Of a stretch of 64,000 nucleotides of DNA, positions 51,941-60,973 are shown in pieces (position 1 is the stretch's first letter; every line of letters starts with the position of its first letter). Both the position numbers and the translations under genes were made by a program. Origin of the DNA: Nitrosopumilus sp. (GTDB lineage Archaea > Thermoproteota > Nitrososphaeria > Nitrososphaerales > Nitrosopumilaceae); assembly GCA_965197525.1 (NCBI GenBank), contig OZ240211.1:2112001-2176000 (forward strand), read 5' to 3'. The notes beneath the pieces are model-generated. The model was not told the origin of the DNA. It worked only from the letters and a program-made list of their open reading frames with translations, and ran no database searches.

Positions 51941-52783
51941 TCATTTATTCTTCATCTCCCACTGCGATGCAAATTCTACAGGCGTCATGTATCCTATGGC
52001 AGAGTGAATTCTTTCTTGGTTGCAGTCTGCAAAAGCGTCTACCAGGATCTTTTCGGCCTCCTGATAACTAGCAAATTCATGCGGCCACAAGTATTCTTTT
52101 TTGAGAGTCTTGTGGAACGATTCCACATGACCGTTCTGTTCGGGTGTGTGCTTCCAGATGAACTCGTGTTTTATGCCAAATACCGATACTTCTTTTCTAA
52201 AATCATTACTGGTGTACTGCGTGCCGTTGTCGGTTCTAAGTCTAAGTCTGGAGCAGTCAGGATTCTCTACATACACGGCATTTGTTATGGAGTCAATTGC
52301 CACTTGTTTTGTGGCATCTACGTCAAACGCATACGATATCCATCTACGCGTAAAGCAGTCCACCACGTTAAAGCAATAGCACCATCCGTCCATCCCACAC
52401 CAGACGTACGTCATGTCCGTCTCCCATAGCCGGTTCGGTGCATCCGGTTCGAAGAGCTTGCGATTGGTGTGAATGATGTCGTTTTTTGTCTTTTGAGGCT
52501 CAATCCCGCCCAGTTTTCGGAATATTCTTTGTATCTTCTTGCGATTTGTGGCAGTGTGTGTCTCGCAGCACACTTGGGCTGCCATGCGGCGTGTGCCATA
52601 GGTGGGTCTTCTGCTGCCTATCCTCTGCACTGCCTGTACGGCTGCCGGATCCAATCTCATCTCCCTTGCCTTGGGTTTGTGATACCACATACGTCTTGAC
52701 ACTCCGGCATAGCGTAGTGATTTACGCAGGCTCATCTTTTCATACAGTTCTCTGACGGCACTCAATCTCTGGCTTCCTCCCAA
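51941..52783 (-). CDS. IS3 OrfB DDE transposase
   Basis: 'PTYGTRRM', 'WETDMTY', 'TDNGTQY', 'PEQNGHVESFH', 'RIHSAIGYMTP'. Confidence 0.92.
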   Translation of the reverse strand: MGGSQRLSAVRELYEKMSLRKSLRYAGVSRRMWYHKPKAREMRLDPAAVQAVQRIGSRRPTYGTRRMAAQVCCETHTATNRKKIQRIFRKLGGIEPQKTKNDIIHTNRKLFEPDAPNRLWETDMTYVWCGMDGWCYCFNVVDCFTRRWISYAFDVDATKQVAIDSITNAVYVENPDCSRLRLRTDNGTQYTSNDFRKEVSVFGIKHEFIWKHTPEQNGHVESFHKTLKKEYLWPHEFASYQEAEKILVDAFADCNQERIHSAIGYMTPVEFASQWEMKNK

Positions 52784-53052
52784 GTTTTTTTTAAAACGTC
52801 GTTGGCAATGGTCAGCTCGCCTATCAGTCTCTTGTAATCATCCTCTCTCTTTTTCATTGTCTTGATTGGATCTTTCTTTCCTGACTGGCTCAGACCTGCC
52901 TTGCCGGACTCCATGAATCTCTGTTTCCAGTTATGAAACGTCTGTGGGCTAACATTGTGCTTGCGGCATAGTTCTGCCGTACTTGTACTGGTTTTGATTG
53001 ATTCCAGTACAATCTGGATCTTTTGCTCTGGTGTAAATTTGCTTTTTACCAT
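52762..53052 (-). CDS. IS3 OrfA (HTH)
   Basis: 'FTPEQKIQIV', 'AELCRKHNVSPQTFHNWK'. Confidence 0.9.
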   Translation of the reverse strand: MVKSKFTPEQKIQIVLESIKTSTSTAELCRKHNVSPQTFHNWKQRFMESGKAGLSQSGKKDPIKTMKKREDDYKRLIGELTIANDVLKKTWEEARD

Positions 53053-53325
53053 GATATTTGTCCTCCGATGCTGTACCTAATGTATATGGATGCAAGTGTT
53101 CTCCTTCTAGAGGGGTCCCCACCAAAACGTATCACAGTTCAGGCATTTTACACGTATTGTACGCAACTGTTTTGACCTGTATATCTTTACGGTGTCCTAG
53201 TCCATGCGCACGGGTTTTTCCTCTGTCCAGCATGAGTGACACAGCAGATCCCATGTTTGAAAACATTATCATTTTCTCATACAACTGACTAAAGATTGAG
53301 TGGTTCTAGAGGGATTCGGGTAGTA

Positions 53326-53685
53326 TCAGCTGGTTATTTTGGACCGGTAATAGGGTAGATAAGGATGACCTTTTCTTGTTATTTTAAAAATGACTTCTCC
53401 CTGATTATCTGGCAATGTTGCACTTGGAAATTTTCCATCCAGCATTACATTTCTTGTATTTCTCAAAAATTCATAACCCTTTTCCATATGTACTTTGTAT
53501 TCTTCACCATGTTTCTCACGAAAACGTGTAAAAATTGAATCGCTTAGTAATGTTGCAATAACTGTTTTTCCGCTATTTGGAGGACCTAAGAATGCCGTAA
53601 TATTTTGATCGTCTAGATCCTCTTTCATTTTTGTCAAAAGAGGGTTTTCTTGATTCACATTTCCTATATCGCTTTCATCACTCAT
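53326..53685 (-). pseudogene. Truncated P-loop NTPase/GTPase-like gene
   Basis: 'FLGPPNSGKT'; only 119 aa, no Walker B, ends near IS3. Confidence 0.6.
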
Positions 53686-55808
53686 TTTCTCACCATTTTA
53701 ATTGAATGCTCAGGAATAAACTTACCTCTTGCCATATTGTTATACTTTTCAAATTCACTTAGAAAATACTTTGACGAACGTTTCTTGCCAAGATCCGGAT
53801 AGTTTAATCCAATACAAATTCTTGCCGCACCAACTGCATCAAAGTGACGTTTTGAAAACTGCTCATTTTCATATTGTTTTAATATTTCGGTAGAATTTCT
53901 GATTATTTCATCAATTTCTCCAATCGTTTGAAATCCTAGATCTTGCAGTTCTTCTACAAATTCTTGAATATTTTGATTTGATTGGTTTTGTCTGATAAAG
54001 AAACGCCAATCAAGATAGATCTTAAAACGATGAATATTGATCTCCAGTTCCTTTTCAAAATATTCATTGTTTTTTAACAATTTGATATATGTTGTTCTTC
54101 CAACAGAATATTTTTGAATTGTTCCATTTTTTTCTAATGCATCAGTTCTATTTCGAATCATTGGTTCGGTAATATCCCCTCCATTCAACAGTTCAACTAT
54201 TTCTTTTATTGGCATACTTCCGCCACGTACCAATCTTTTGATCAATATGTCTATAACACGTCTCCTTAGTTTTTTTAGAAATGGAGCAATAATGCCTGTT
54301 TGCTCTGCAAGATACGATATCTGATCAAAAATAACTGTTGTAAAGTCTTTTGTGGGGCTAATGCGCTCTTGTATTAGAATTTCTTCCCAAACCCATTCCC
54401 AATCAAAAGAACCATGTTGTAATTCTTGAGGTGTATTTGGACTACCCGTGACCAGTGCGGCCATATCCTGTATGTCCCCTTCTCTATTTGCTATTGCTTT
54501 GAGTAAAAATATATCTTCATTTCTTAGCAATCCTACTTTTAATTTTCCATAGTCTTTAATGTCTGCTCTTTCTTTCATAGTTGAAGATAACGACAGATCT
54601 TGCATTATTGTAGATGTGAATAGATCAATCCTACTTTTTTCATCATGTTCAAAAATATCATCTGGTTTTATTCTTCTATCTTCATCAGAATAACTTGTTT
54701 CCACTATTCTTTTGTATCTAATCTTAGTAAGAATTTGAGCCAAATGTTCAAAATCATCTTTATTCTCTACTACTATGTCACAATCTTTTGTACTGTCTTT
54801 TAATGATTTTATTCTCATATTTTCTCCACCAAACAGGTATATTGTTTTTGATTCTTTTAATTCGTCACTAATTTCTCTAAACAATAAATTACTTGGTTTT
54901 GACAATGTATATTTTTCAATTGGTATATCATATAATTTTGCTTTAGATAGAAATTCATTCCATGGTAAAAACAAGTATGTATTTTTCAATTGTTTTCTAC
55001 GCATGTAAGCTTCAATATCTAACCAAATCTCCAATATTCCTAACTCTGTTGCCTTTTTTCGTAATTGTAAAATATCCATCTTATCCTTGTGTTTTGCATA
55101 AAAAACAATTGCAATCAGTAATTCCATTTTATTTTTTGAATAGTTTGCAGAATAAACTGCATGCAGTAACACATCTTGTATGTCTAAATCATCTTTTTGT
55201 TCACAAAAATATTCACGTGTGGTTTGATATTCCATATCATAATCTGAAAATAACGTAAATCCTGTCGTTGCACCTTTTGCAATTTTTCCACTTGGTGTTT
55301 TTCGTAATATCGTTGAATTATTATTATAAATAATTTCAGTGCTTCCGTCTTCATATTTTTTTTCTCTTTCAGTTTTTAATAATTTTGTAAATAAAACCAA
55401 TTGTTCTTTTGATTCATCAATGTTTATTACATCTTCATCTTTTAGAATGGATCCAATGGATTGTAAATCTGAAATAGATCTATAGGTTGTTGCCTTTGAT
55501 AATCCTGATTTTTTTATTAATTGATCTACTGTAATATTTTTATCTATATTGGAAAGTATTATTTCATTTGAATTGCAAAGTAATTTCTCAACATCTACAA
55601 CCTGTGTAATATCTCTAAACAGTGTAGCCTTTGGTGTTTCTTTTAATTTGATTACTGTATTTTCTTTTTCTATGTAATCTTCTTCCACAAGATTTTTTGT
55701 CATGTATGCTAATTGTCTTTTCTTTATTCCTAACAGATTTAGTAACTCGTTTGTTTCTTTTTGTCCTTCAACTAGTGATTTGAGAAGCTTTATTGAAATT
55801 GCATTCAT
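53682..55808 (-). CDS. 708-aa multidomain protein: tandem wHTH + antitoxin-like + nucleotidyltransferase + wHTH + C-terminal tail
   Basis: 'SGLSKATTYRSISDL'; 'IYLFGGENM...TKDCDIVV'; 'IFLLKAIANREGDIQD'. Confidence 0.75.
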   Translation of the reverse strand: MNAISIKLLKSLVEGQKETNELLNLLGIKKRQLAYMTKNLVEEDYIEKENTVIKLKETPKATLFRDITQVVDVEKLLCNSNEIILSNIDKNITVDQLIKKSGLSKATTYRSISDLQSIGSILKDEDVINIDESKEQLVLFTKLLKTEREKKYEDGSTEIIYNNNSTILRKTPSGKIAKGATTGFTLFSDYDMEYQTTREYFCEQKDDLDIQDVLLHAVYSANYSKNKMELLIAIVFYAKHKDKMDILQLRKKATELGILEIWLDIEAYMRRKQLKNTYLFLPWNEFLSKAKLYDIPIEKYTLSKPSNLLFREISDELKESKTIYLFGGENMRIKSLKDSTKDCDIVVENKDDFEHLAQILTKIRYKRIVETSYSDEDRRIKPDDIFEHDEKSRIDLFTSTIMQDLSLSSTMKERADIKDYGKLKVGLLRNEDIFLLKAIANREGDIQDMAALVTGSPNTPQELQHGSFDWEWVWEEILIQERISPTKDFTTVIFDQISYLAEQTGIIAPFLKKLRRRVIDILIKRLVRGGSMPIKEIVELLNGGDITEPMIRNRTDALEKNGTIQKYSVGRTTYIKLLKNNEYFEKELEINIHRFKIYLDWRFFIRQNQSNQNIQEFVEELQDLGFQTIGEIDEIIRNSTEILKQYENEQFSKRHFDAVGAARICIGLNYPDLGKKRSSKYFLSEFEKYNNMARGKFIPEHSIKMVRK

Positions 55809-56509
55809 TTAGTATTATTATACTGCTTTGATTAATATAGTTTTGCACTAATTTGAGACTAAATATTAGATAATTTGAACAAAATATGAAATTCATCTAC
55901 ATGAATTACGGCTGATTTCCTACAGAAATTCTGCAGTATATGAAAAATAATTCCATCACGATTCGGCGATCTGTGCGCTGGTCATATTGCCTTCCCTCTT
56001 CTTTCTGACTACTCAGTTTATTTTGGATTCGTCCAGCTTTTCATGACGCGGATACGGTGTTGTTTTATATGCCTCTACTGTTCTGCACGACACAACCATC
56101 CGCGTATCTTCATTCCAGCTCTGCACCACAAGTCAGTCATGGCACGTTCCTTCTACGGTATATGATGGGTGTATGCTATTTTTCGAACTATAGAGCCAAC
56201 TGTAATCTACGCAAAGATAACACACCATCCATTTTCATACATACCTAAGCATGAAATTCCATTCAACATCCAAGCCTGCATTGATCATCAAACAAATAAA
56301 ATGCCATGAAAAACAGTATACAATCTATTATGGCCTTGTTTTTTTAAGTGTCTTACACATGGAGCGTCTGGCACCGTGTCCGCAAGCTGCGTAGACGTCC
56401 TGTCAGTCCTACAAGCAGTTGACGTCATTCTGTCCTGTTGACACCGCCATCGTTGGCGTAATGGAACCTAAAAAGGAACTATACTGATGCGAGTCCGGTC
56501 GGGTGCAAG

Positions 56510-57070
56510 CTAGGCAATATTCCCATTCACGCTTCGTGTGATTCCCCCACTAGGTTGTTGATAGCATGTTAACCCCCGTCCATCCGCCAAGCGCGGCAGA
56601 TTGGTCCCTGGCCAAACATGATCGAAAAAACCTTTAGAATGATTGGGACTATCCGAGCTGCCGTGTGACTGAGTTTGATGGATCTTGCATCTTCCAGCCC
56701 CTGCAGGCACCTGTACAGCAGCAGCCCGTCATCGATTTTACCACCATCAGGGACGCAAACAGCGACTCGGCGTACTGGAACGGCGCACCCGCCTTGTTCC
56801 TGTTTGCGGCCTCCTCCTCGCGCTTTTGAGGATCGCCTCCGATGATCAATGCCTGGCAGCTCTTGGCGTATTTTTCGTTGTCAGTCATCTACAATCTGTG
56901 TCTGATTTACTGATCCTTAGCTTTTTCGGTCTCGAGGAAGGCAGAATATTCATGGTAGTGCTAAGATGAATAATGCAACAAACTAGGACTGCCGGTGGCA
57001 GCTGCCTTGAAACGAATGCAGGCAGTTCGGGAAAATTCCAAATCCGAAGGGGCGTCAAATTATTTAAATG
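56510..57070 (-). pseudogene. Degraded IS5-family transposase
   Basis: 'NRNKAGAPFQYAESLF..L.VVKSMTG' plus frameshifted downstream fragments. Confidence 0.6.
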
Positions 57071-57091
57071 TATGAATGCCGCTAAAAAATA

Positions 57092-57778
57092 GTGCAAAAG
57101 GATAGGCTGTCTGAATGGTTTGTGCCCAAGTTCGGCTCTAGGAATTTTCGGCTATCAATAGGAATCCTGTTTCTGCCCTACACCGGAATGGTGGTATCCT
57201 TTACCGTGTGGGGCTCCCTCTCGGTGGACTTCAGTCTTGACAGGCTGGCGTCAGCCTGCCTGCTCTATTTCCTTGCAATTGGGATATCCGCACACTGTCT
57301 TGACGCACTAGGAAGCAAAAAAAAGCCTTGGGGACGCATATCGCCATCAAAGCTCTGGCTAGTATCGACAGTTTCCCTGACTGCCTCCCTTTCCATCGGG
57401 CTGTACTATGCATTTTTGGATTCCTGGCTGCTGTTCCCGATAGGTGCCATCGAGGTGTTCTTTCTTTTGGCGTATAACTTGGAGCTGTTTCGCGGCAAAT
57501 TCCACAACAACGCGTCGTTCGTCATATCCTGGGGGGTCCTGCCAGTTTTTGCCGGCGCCTCAATCCAGTCAAACGCCGTATCAGTCGAGACCGTAGTGCT
57601 TTCTGCGATTGCGGGACTTGCAAGCTATGTCCACATAACCACGTCCAGAAAATACAAGGAGCTGAAGCGTCAGAACGTAGGCCGCGGGTCGTACTACAGA
57701 AAGGAGGCAGTTCTCAAGGTGACAAGCCTGGCGGTGATATCTGGCACGGCCTGCTTTTTCATCTTACGATATCTTTAA
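57092..57778 (+). CDS. UbiA-like prenyltransferase-fold membrane protein
   Basis: Multi-TM; 'SAHCLDAL', 'AYNLEL', 'FHNN..F..SWG.LP'. Confidence 0.55.
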   Translation: MQKDRLSEWFVPKFGSRNFRLSIGILFLPYTGMVVSFTVWGSLSVDFSLDRLASACLLYFLAIGISAHCLDALGSKKKPWGRISPSKLWLVSTVSLTASLSIGLYYAFLDSWLLFPIGAIEVFFLLAYNLELFRGKFHNNASFVISWGVLPVFAGASIQSNAVSVETVVLSAIAGLASYVHITTSRKYKELKRQNVGRGSYYRKEAVLKVTSLAVISGTACFFILRYL

Positions 57779-57787
57779 TTCGTGTAA

Positions 57788-58240
57788 ATGGGATACCATT
57801 GTATGAAGTCAGGTTCCGATATGCTTCTGGCCAGGATACTGGACGCCCCCGTGGGCCAGGTGGTCACCGTCCTAGGGGAGGTCCTTGACTGTGCTGTCCA
57901 GCTGCAGGTGGTGGAGCAGAACGCCGTTGCGCCCAATCAGTTCGTAAGGAAGGTCGTGATTACCGCGCGGGGGCTGCCTGTCATAAAGGCAAGCGTGAAG
58001 TTTGACTCCGCCGTGCTGCCTGAGTCCGTCATGGGCGAGCTTCTGAGGAAGAAGCGCGGCATCGGAACCATTCTCAACGTCAATGACATCGTCGCAACCA
58101 GAAGGATCATGTCCCTGGACCTGCATCCGGACCAAGGCATAACCTTGAGGGAGTACGAACTCGTTCACGGTGGGGCCGTGTGGTTTACCATATTTGAGGA
58201 GATAAACCTAGACAGTCTTGGTTCCGACAAGCACGGCTGA
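57788..58240 (+). CDS. Chorismate lyase-like (UbiC/DUF98) protein
   Basis: 'VRKVVI', 'VIKASV', 'GIGTIL', 'REYEL', 'TIFEEI'. Confidence 0.65.
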   Translation: MGYHCMKSGSDMLLARILDAPVGQVVTVLGEVLDCAVQLQVVEQNAVAPNQFVRKVVITARGLPVIKASVKFDSAVLPESVMGELLRKKRGIGTILNVNDIVATRRIMSLDLHPDQGITLREYELVHGGAVWFTIFEEINLDSLGSDKHG

Positions 58241-58891
58241 AGAGCCCCACGTCAGATCCTGCCTGCGGGTTTCCAGTCCGTGATCTTCCATGGCCTCCTC
58301 GTACTCCTGCACCCAGTTTGAGGCCCTTATCAGGCGGGGCAGGTCGGCGAAGACCTGTCTCCAACCTGGGGTGAAAAGGCCCGCGAGATTCAGCAGCCTG
58401 AAATAAAAATCCCACATTCTGCGCACCGGGCCGGCCTTTGGATATGTAAAGTCATGCAGAATTATCTTCCCGCCGGCATCGAGGTGGTCAAGGCAGCTCC
58501 TGATCAGGGTATCTGGCGTGCAGTATTTTGGCAGGTATGACGCAGTGATGCAGGAGAACTTTTCCCCTAGGCTGAGCTTTTCGGCATCCTGATTTACAAA
58601 GGAGATGTTCCGGTGCGGGGCCGACTTCTCCATGGCCTTCTCAAGGTACCCTTGGGTAACGTCGACGCCCACTATCTCCGCGTCCGGCAGCGTTTTTGCA
58701 ATCTGTCTCGTAAGGATGCCCGTACCGCAGGCAAGATCCAACACGTTTTTTTCATCAGACATGTGCTCCAGAATCTTACGTTTCCAAAGGCCGTCCTTGC
58801 CAAAGGTGGTCCAGCTGACTATCCTGTCATACGAGCTGGCGTTGCTGTTAAAAAATTTCGGGACCATGCACTTCGGACTCTCTTCGGCCAT
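58208..58891 (-). CDS. UbiE/MenG-like class I SAM methyltransferase
   Basis: 'YDRIV.WTTFG.DGLWKR', 'VLDLACGTG', 'QDAEKL'. Confidence 0.82.
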   Translation of the reverse strand: MAEESPKCMVPKFFNSNASSYDRIVSWTTFGKDGLWKRKILEHMSDEKNVLDLACGTGILTRQIAKTLPDAEIVGVDVTQGYLEKAMEKSAPHRNISFVNQDAEKLSLGEKFSCITASYLPKYCTPDTLIRSCLDHLDAGGKIILHDFTYPKAGPVRRMWDFYFRLLNLAGLFTPGWRQVFADLPRLIRASNWVQEYEEAMEDHGLETRRQDLTWGSSAVLVGTKTV

Positions 58892-58933
58892 GCTTACTGC
58901 TGGTTTTTTTGTCTAAAATAGTTTGTGAGTAGG

Positions 58934-60221
58934 GGTTCTGTGAAGTTATCGAGGGTTAACCCCTATAACTTGACTTTGACATATCGACTATTCGGATTAC
59001 CAATGGTGTGCCGGGTTCCGTCATCGCTGGCTCAAAAGTGCCAGACTGCGCTTCATCTATGTCATCTCTACTACCCCTAAACCTAGGGGGCAGCTTGCGT
59101 GATATGTTCATGGCAGCGATAATATCCCTGTCCATAAACAAACCGCAATTATTACACGACATTTTACGATGTTGTTGCATGTCCTCTTGGAGTCTCTTTC
59201 CGCATTTCGGACACTGCGTGCTCGTGTTTCTTGGGTCTACTGTCTCGACTGGAGGCAACCCGACCCATTGGGCTTTGTATTCTATTTGGCGTTGTAACTC
59301 GTAGAATTGCCACCCGTTCAATCTACGCCTGTACTTGTTACCTTGACTGTTTCCTTTTCGGTACAATTTTCTTATTCCTTTCAGGTTTTCCATGACGATT
59401 GCAGTCTTGTTTTTGACTGCGTTGTCTACTATATCCTTTGAGATTCTGTGGATGTACTGCTTTGTTCTATTGCTCATTCGTCTCTGTCTTTGTTTCCAGA
59501 ATTGACCTTTCTTTCTGCGATCATTTCTGTGGAATCCTGCCCTAGCGTGTATTGTGTTCTCCTTTATGGATAACAGTTTGTTTGTCTTGTAGACTGTCAC
59601 CTCTTTCTCGTTCCCACACGTCACATTTCTTAGGTTTCTGTCTATTCCCACTTGATTGGTGCACTCTATCTCTTGTACTGTTTTTGAAACACAAAGACTG
59701 ATGTTGAGAGCAGTCAATGAAAACGAGCGCACCGTCAAGGCGGGATCAGATAGGATTTTTTGGGTGTGAACGTTGAGTAAAATGTTGATTGGGTTATGTT
59801 TCTTGTATGGGATTGTGAGTAGTGCACCGCTGTGTTGTATACCGTAACAGTTTGTCATAAAGGGATTTTTGACTATTGGGTCTCTTATTCTGACACCTCG
59901 TTTGATTGATTGTCTTCTGTTTGATAACATGCCTGCAGCTCGTGATATTGCATTTAGTTTGTATGAAGACAGGATGTCATAATTACGTAATTCATGATAA
60001 CATAATATGGACAACCTCTTCATATTGTGAGTGTCTTCTTTCAATCCTGTCTTGATGCAATGATTGACCATCTTTGTGAATATAGCCATCATATCCATTA
60101 GATCAGAGTTCGGCGTATATTTCTGTGATATTGACTTTATCGCTTTCAACGAATATCTTACGGTTTAGAGGTTTATACAATTTAGGGATTAACAGATAAC
60201 CCTCGATAACTTCACAGAACC
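58934..60221 (-). mobile_element. 1288-bp TIR-bounded non-autonomous element carrying only tnpB
   Basis: Perfect 25-bp TIR GGTTCTGTGAAGTTATCGAGGGTTA at 58934-58958 and (reverse complement) 60197-60221; TSD TGAGTAGG at 58926-58933 and 60222-60229. Confidence 0.92.
58956..60149 (-). CDS. tnpB: TnpB RNA-guided endonuclease
   Basis: RuvC-I 'GIDRN', RuvC-II 'MENL', 'TSTQCPKCG...CNNCG', RuvC-III 'DRDIIAAMNI'. Confidence 0.95.
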   Translation of the reverse strand: MKAIKSISQKYTPNSDLMDMMAIFTKMVNHCIKTGLKEDTHNMKRLSILCYHELRNYDILSSYKLNAISRAAGMLSNRRQSIKRGVRIRDPIVKNPFMTNCYGIQHSGALLTIPYKKHNPINILLNVHTQKILSDPALTVRSFSLTALNISLCVSKTVQEIECTNQVGIDRNLRNVTCGNEKEVTVYKTNKLLSIKENTIHARAGFHRNDRRKKGQFWKQRQRRMSNRTKQYIHRISKDIVDNAVKNKTAIVMENLKGIRKLYRKGNSQGNKYRRRLNGWQFYELQRQIEYKAQWVGLPPVETVDPRNTSTQCPKCGKRLQEDMQQHRKMSCNNCGLFMDRDIIAAMNISRKLPPRFRGSRDDIDEAQSGTFEPAMTEPGTPLVIRIVDMSKSSYRG

Positions 60222-60973
60222 TGAGTAGGCAACTTGGCAAACGGCAAGACCGTGCTGGAGAAAAACACAGACTGATAAAGTGGGCGGATCCTGAGATCCC
60301 TGGAAACAGAGGCAGGATCACACCCCATAGTGAAAGCGGGTCTAAAGGAATTCGAACCCATTATGCGGCATTTTTAGGTTCCGCCACGCCGATGATGGCG
60401 ATGCCGACAGGGCAGAATAGCGCCGACTACCTGAAGGGCTCTGACAGACCGCATGCCGACCGTAGACAAACATCTGATCCCATTCACAGGTGCAGACAGG
60501 TACAATTACATCTTTATAATTAGTGGCAAGCGCAAGTGCGGAACATACCACATCTGACCAGATTATGCGGCATTTTCAGGTTCCGCAATGCCAACGATGG
60601 CGTGCCAACTTGTACCTTGTGTGCTTTTGACGGTATGTCGCTCTTCTTTTTCTCTCCTCCTACCCCTCCCCATCTTTTTTTCTTTGCACTGTACATCTTT
60701 GATCCCTTTTGCCGGGATGGCTAAACATTGCAGTTGTTATGCCGGCACCGCCCGTGTTTTAGATCAGCGACCAATCGATTTAATTCCTCAATCATCTACA
60801 CTACCCCTGCCATCTTTTCACATCGTCCTTCGTCTGATCAGCCACGTTTGTATTTGCCGCGAACACCATCAAATCAATAACAAGGAATAGCCTTCTTGTC
60901 ATGTCCGCTCCGGCCAACACACCACACATATTTATAGTTAAAAACTATAATATTATAGTAGATTACAATAATA

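Larger units (their letters stand above)
51889..53121 (-). mobile_element. IS3-family insertion sequence (~1233 bp), apparently intact
   Basis: Imperfect IRs TG(GG)GACCCC...GAGAAC; orfA/orfB overlap with A8 slippery run at 52785-52792. Confidence 0.88.

Noticed and set aside
56044-56108. Imperfect inverted repeat (ACGCGGAT...ATCCGCGT)
   Set aside because: Needs several gaps, single copy, no functional context
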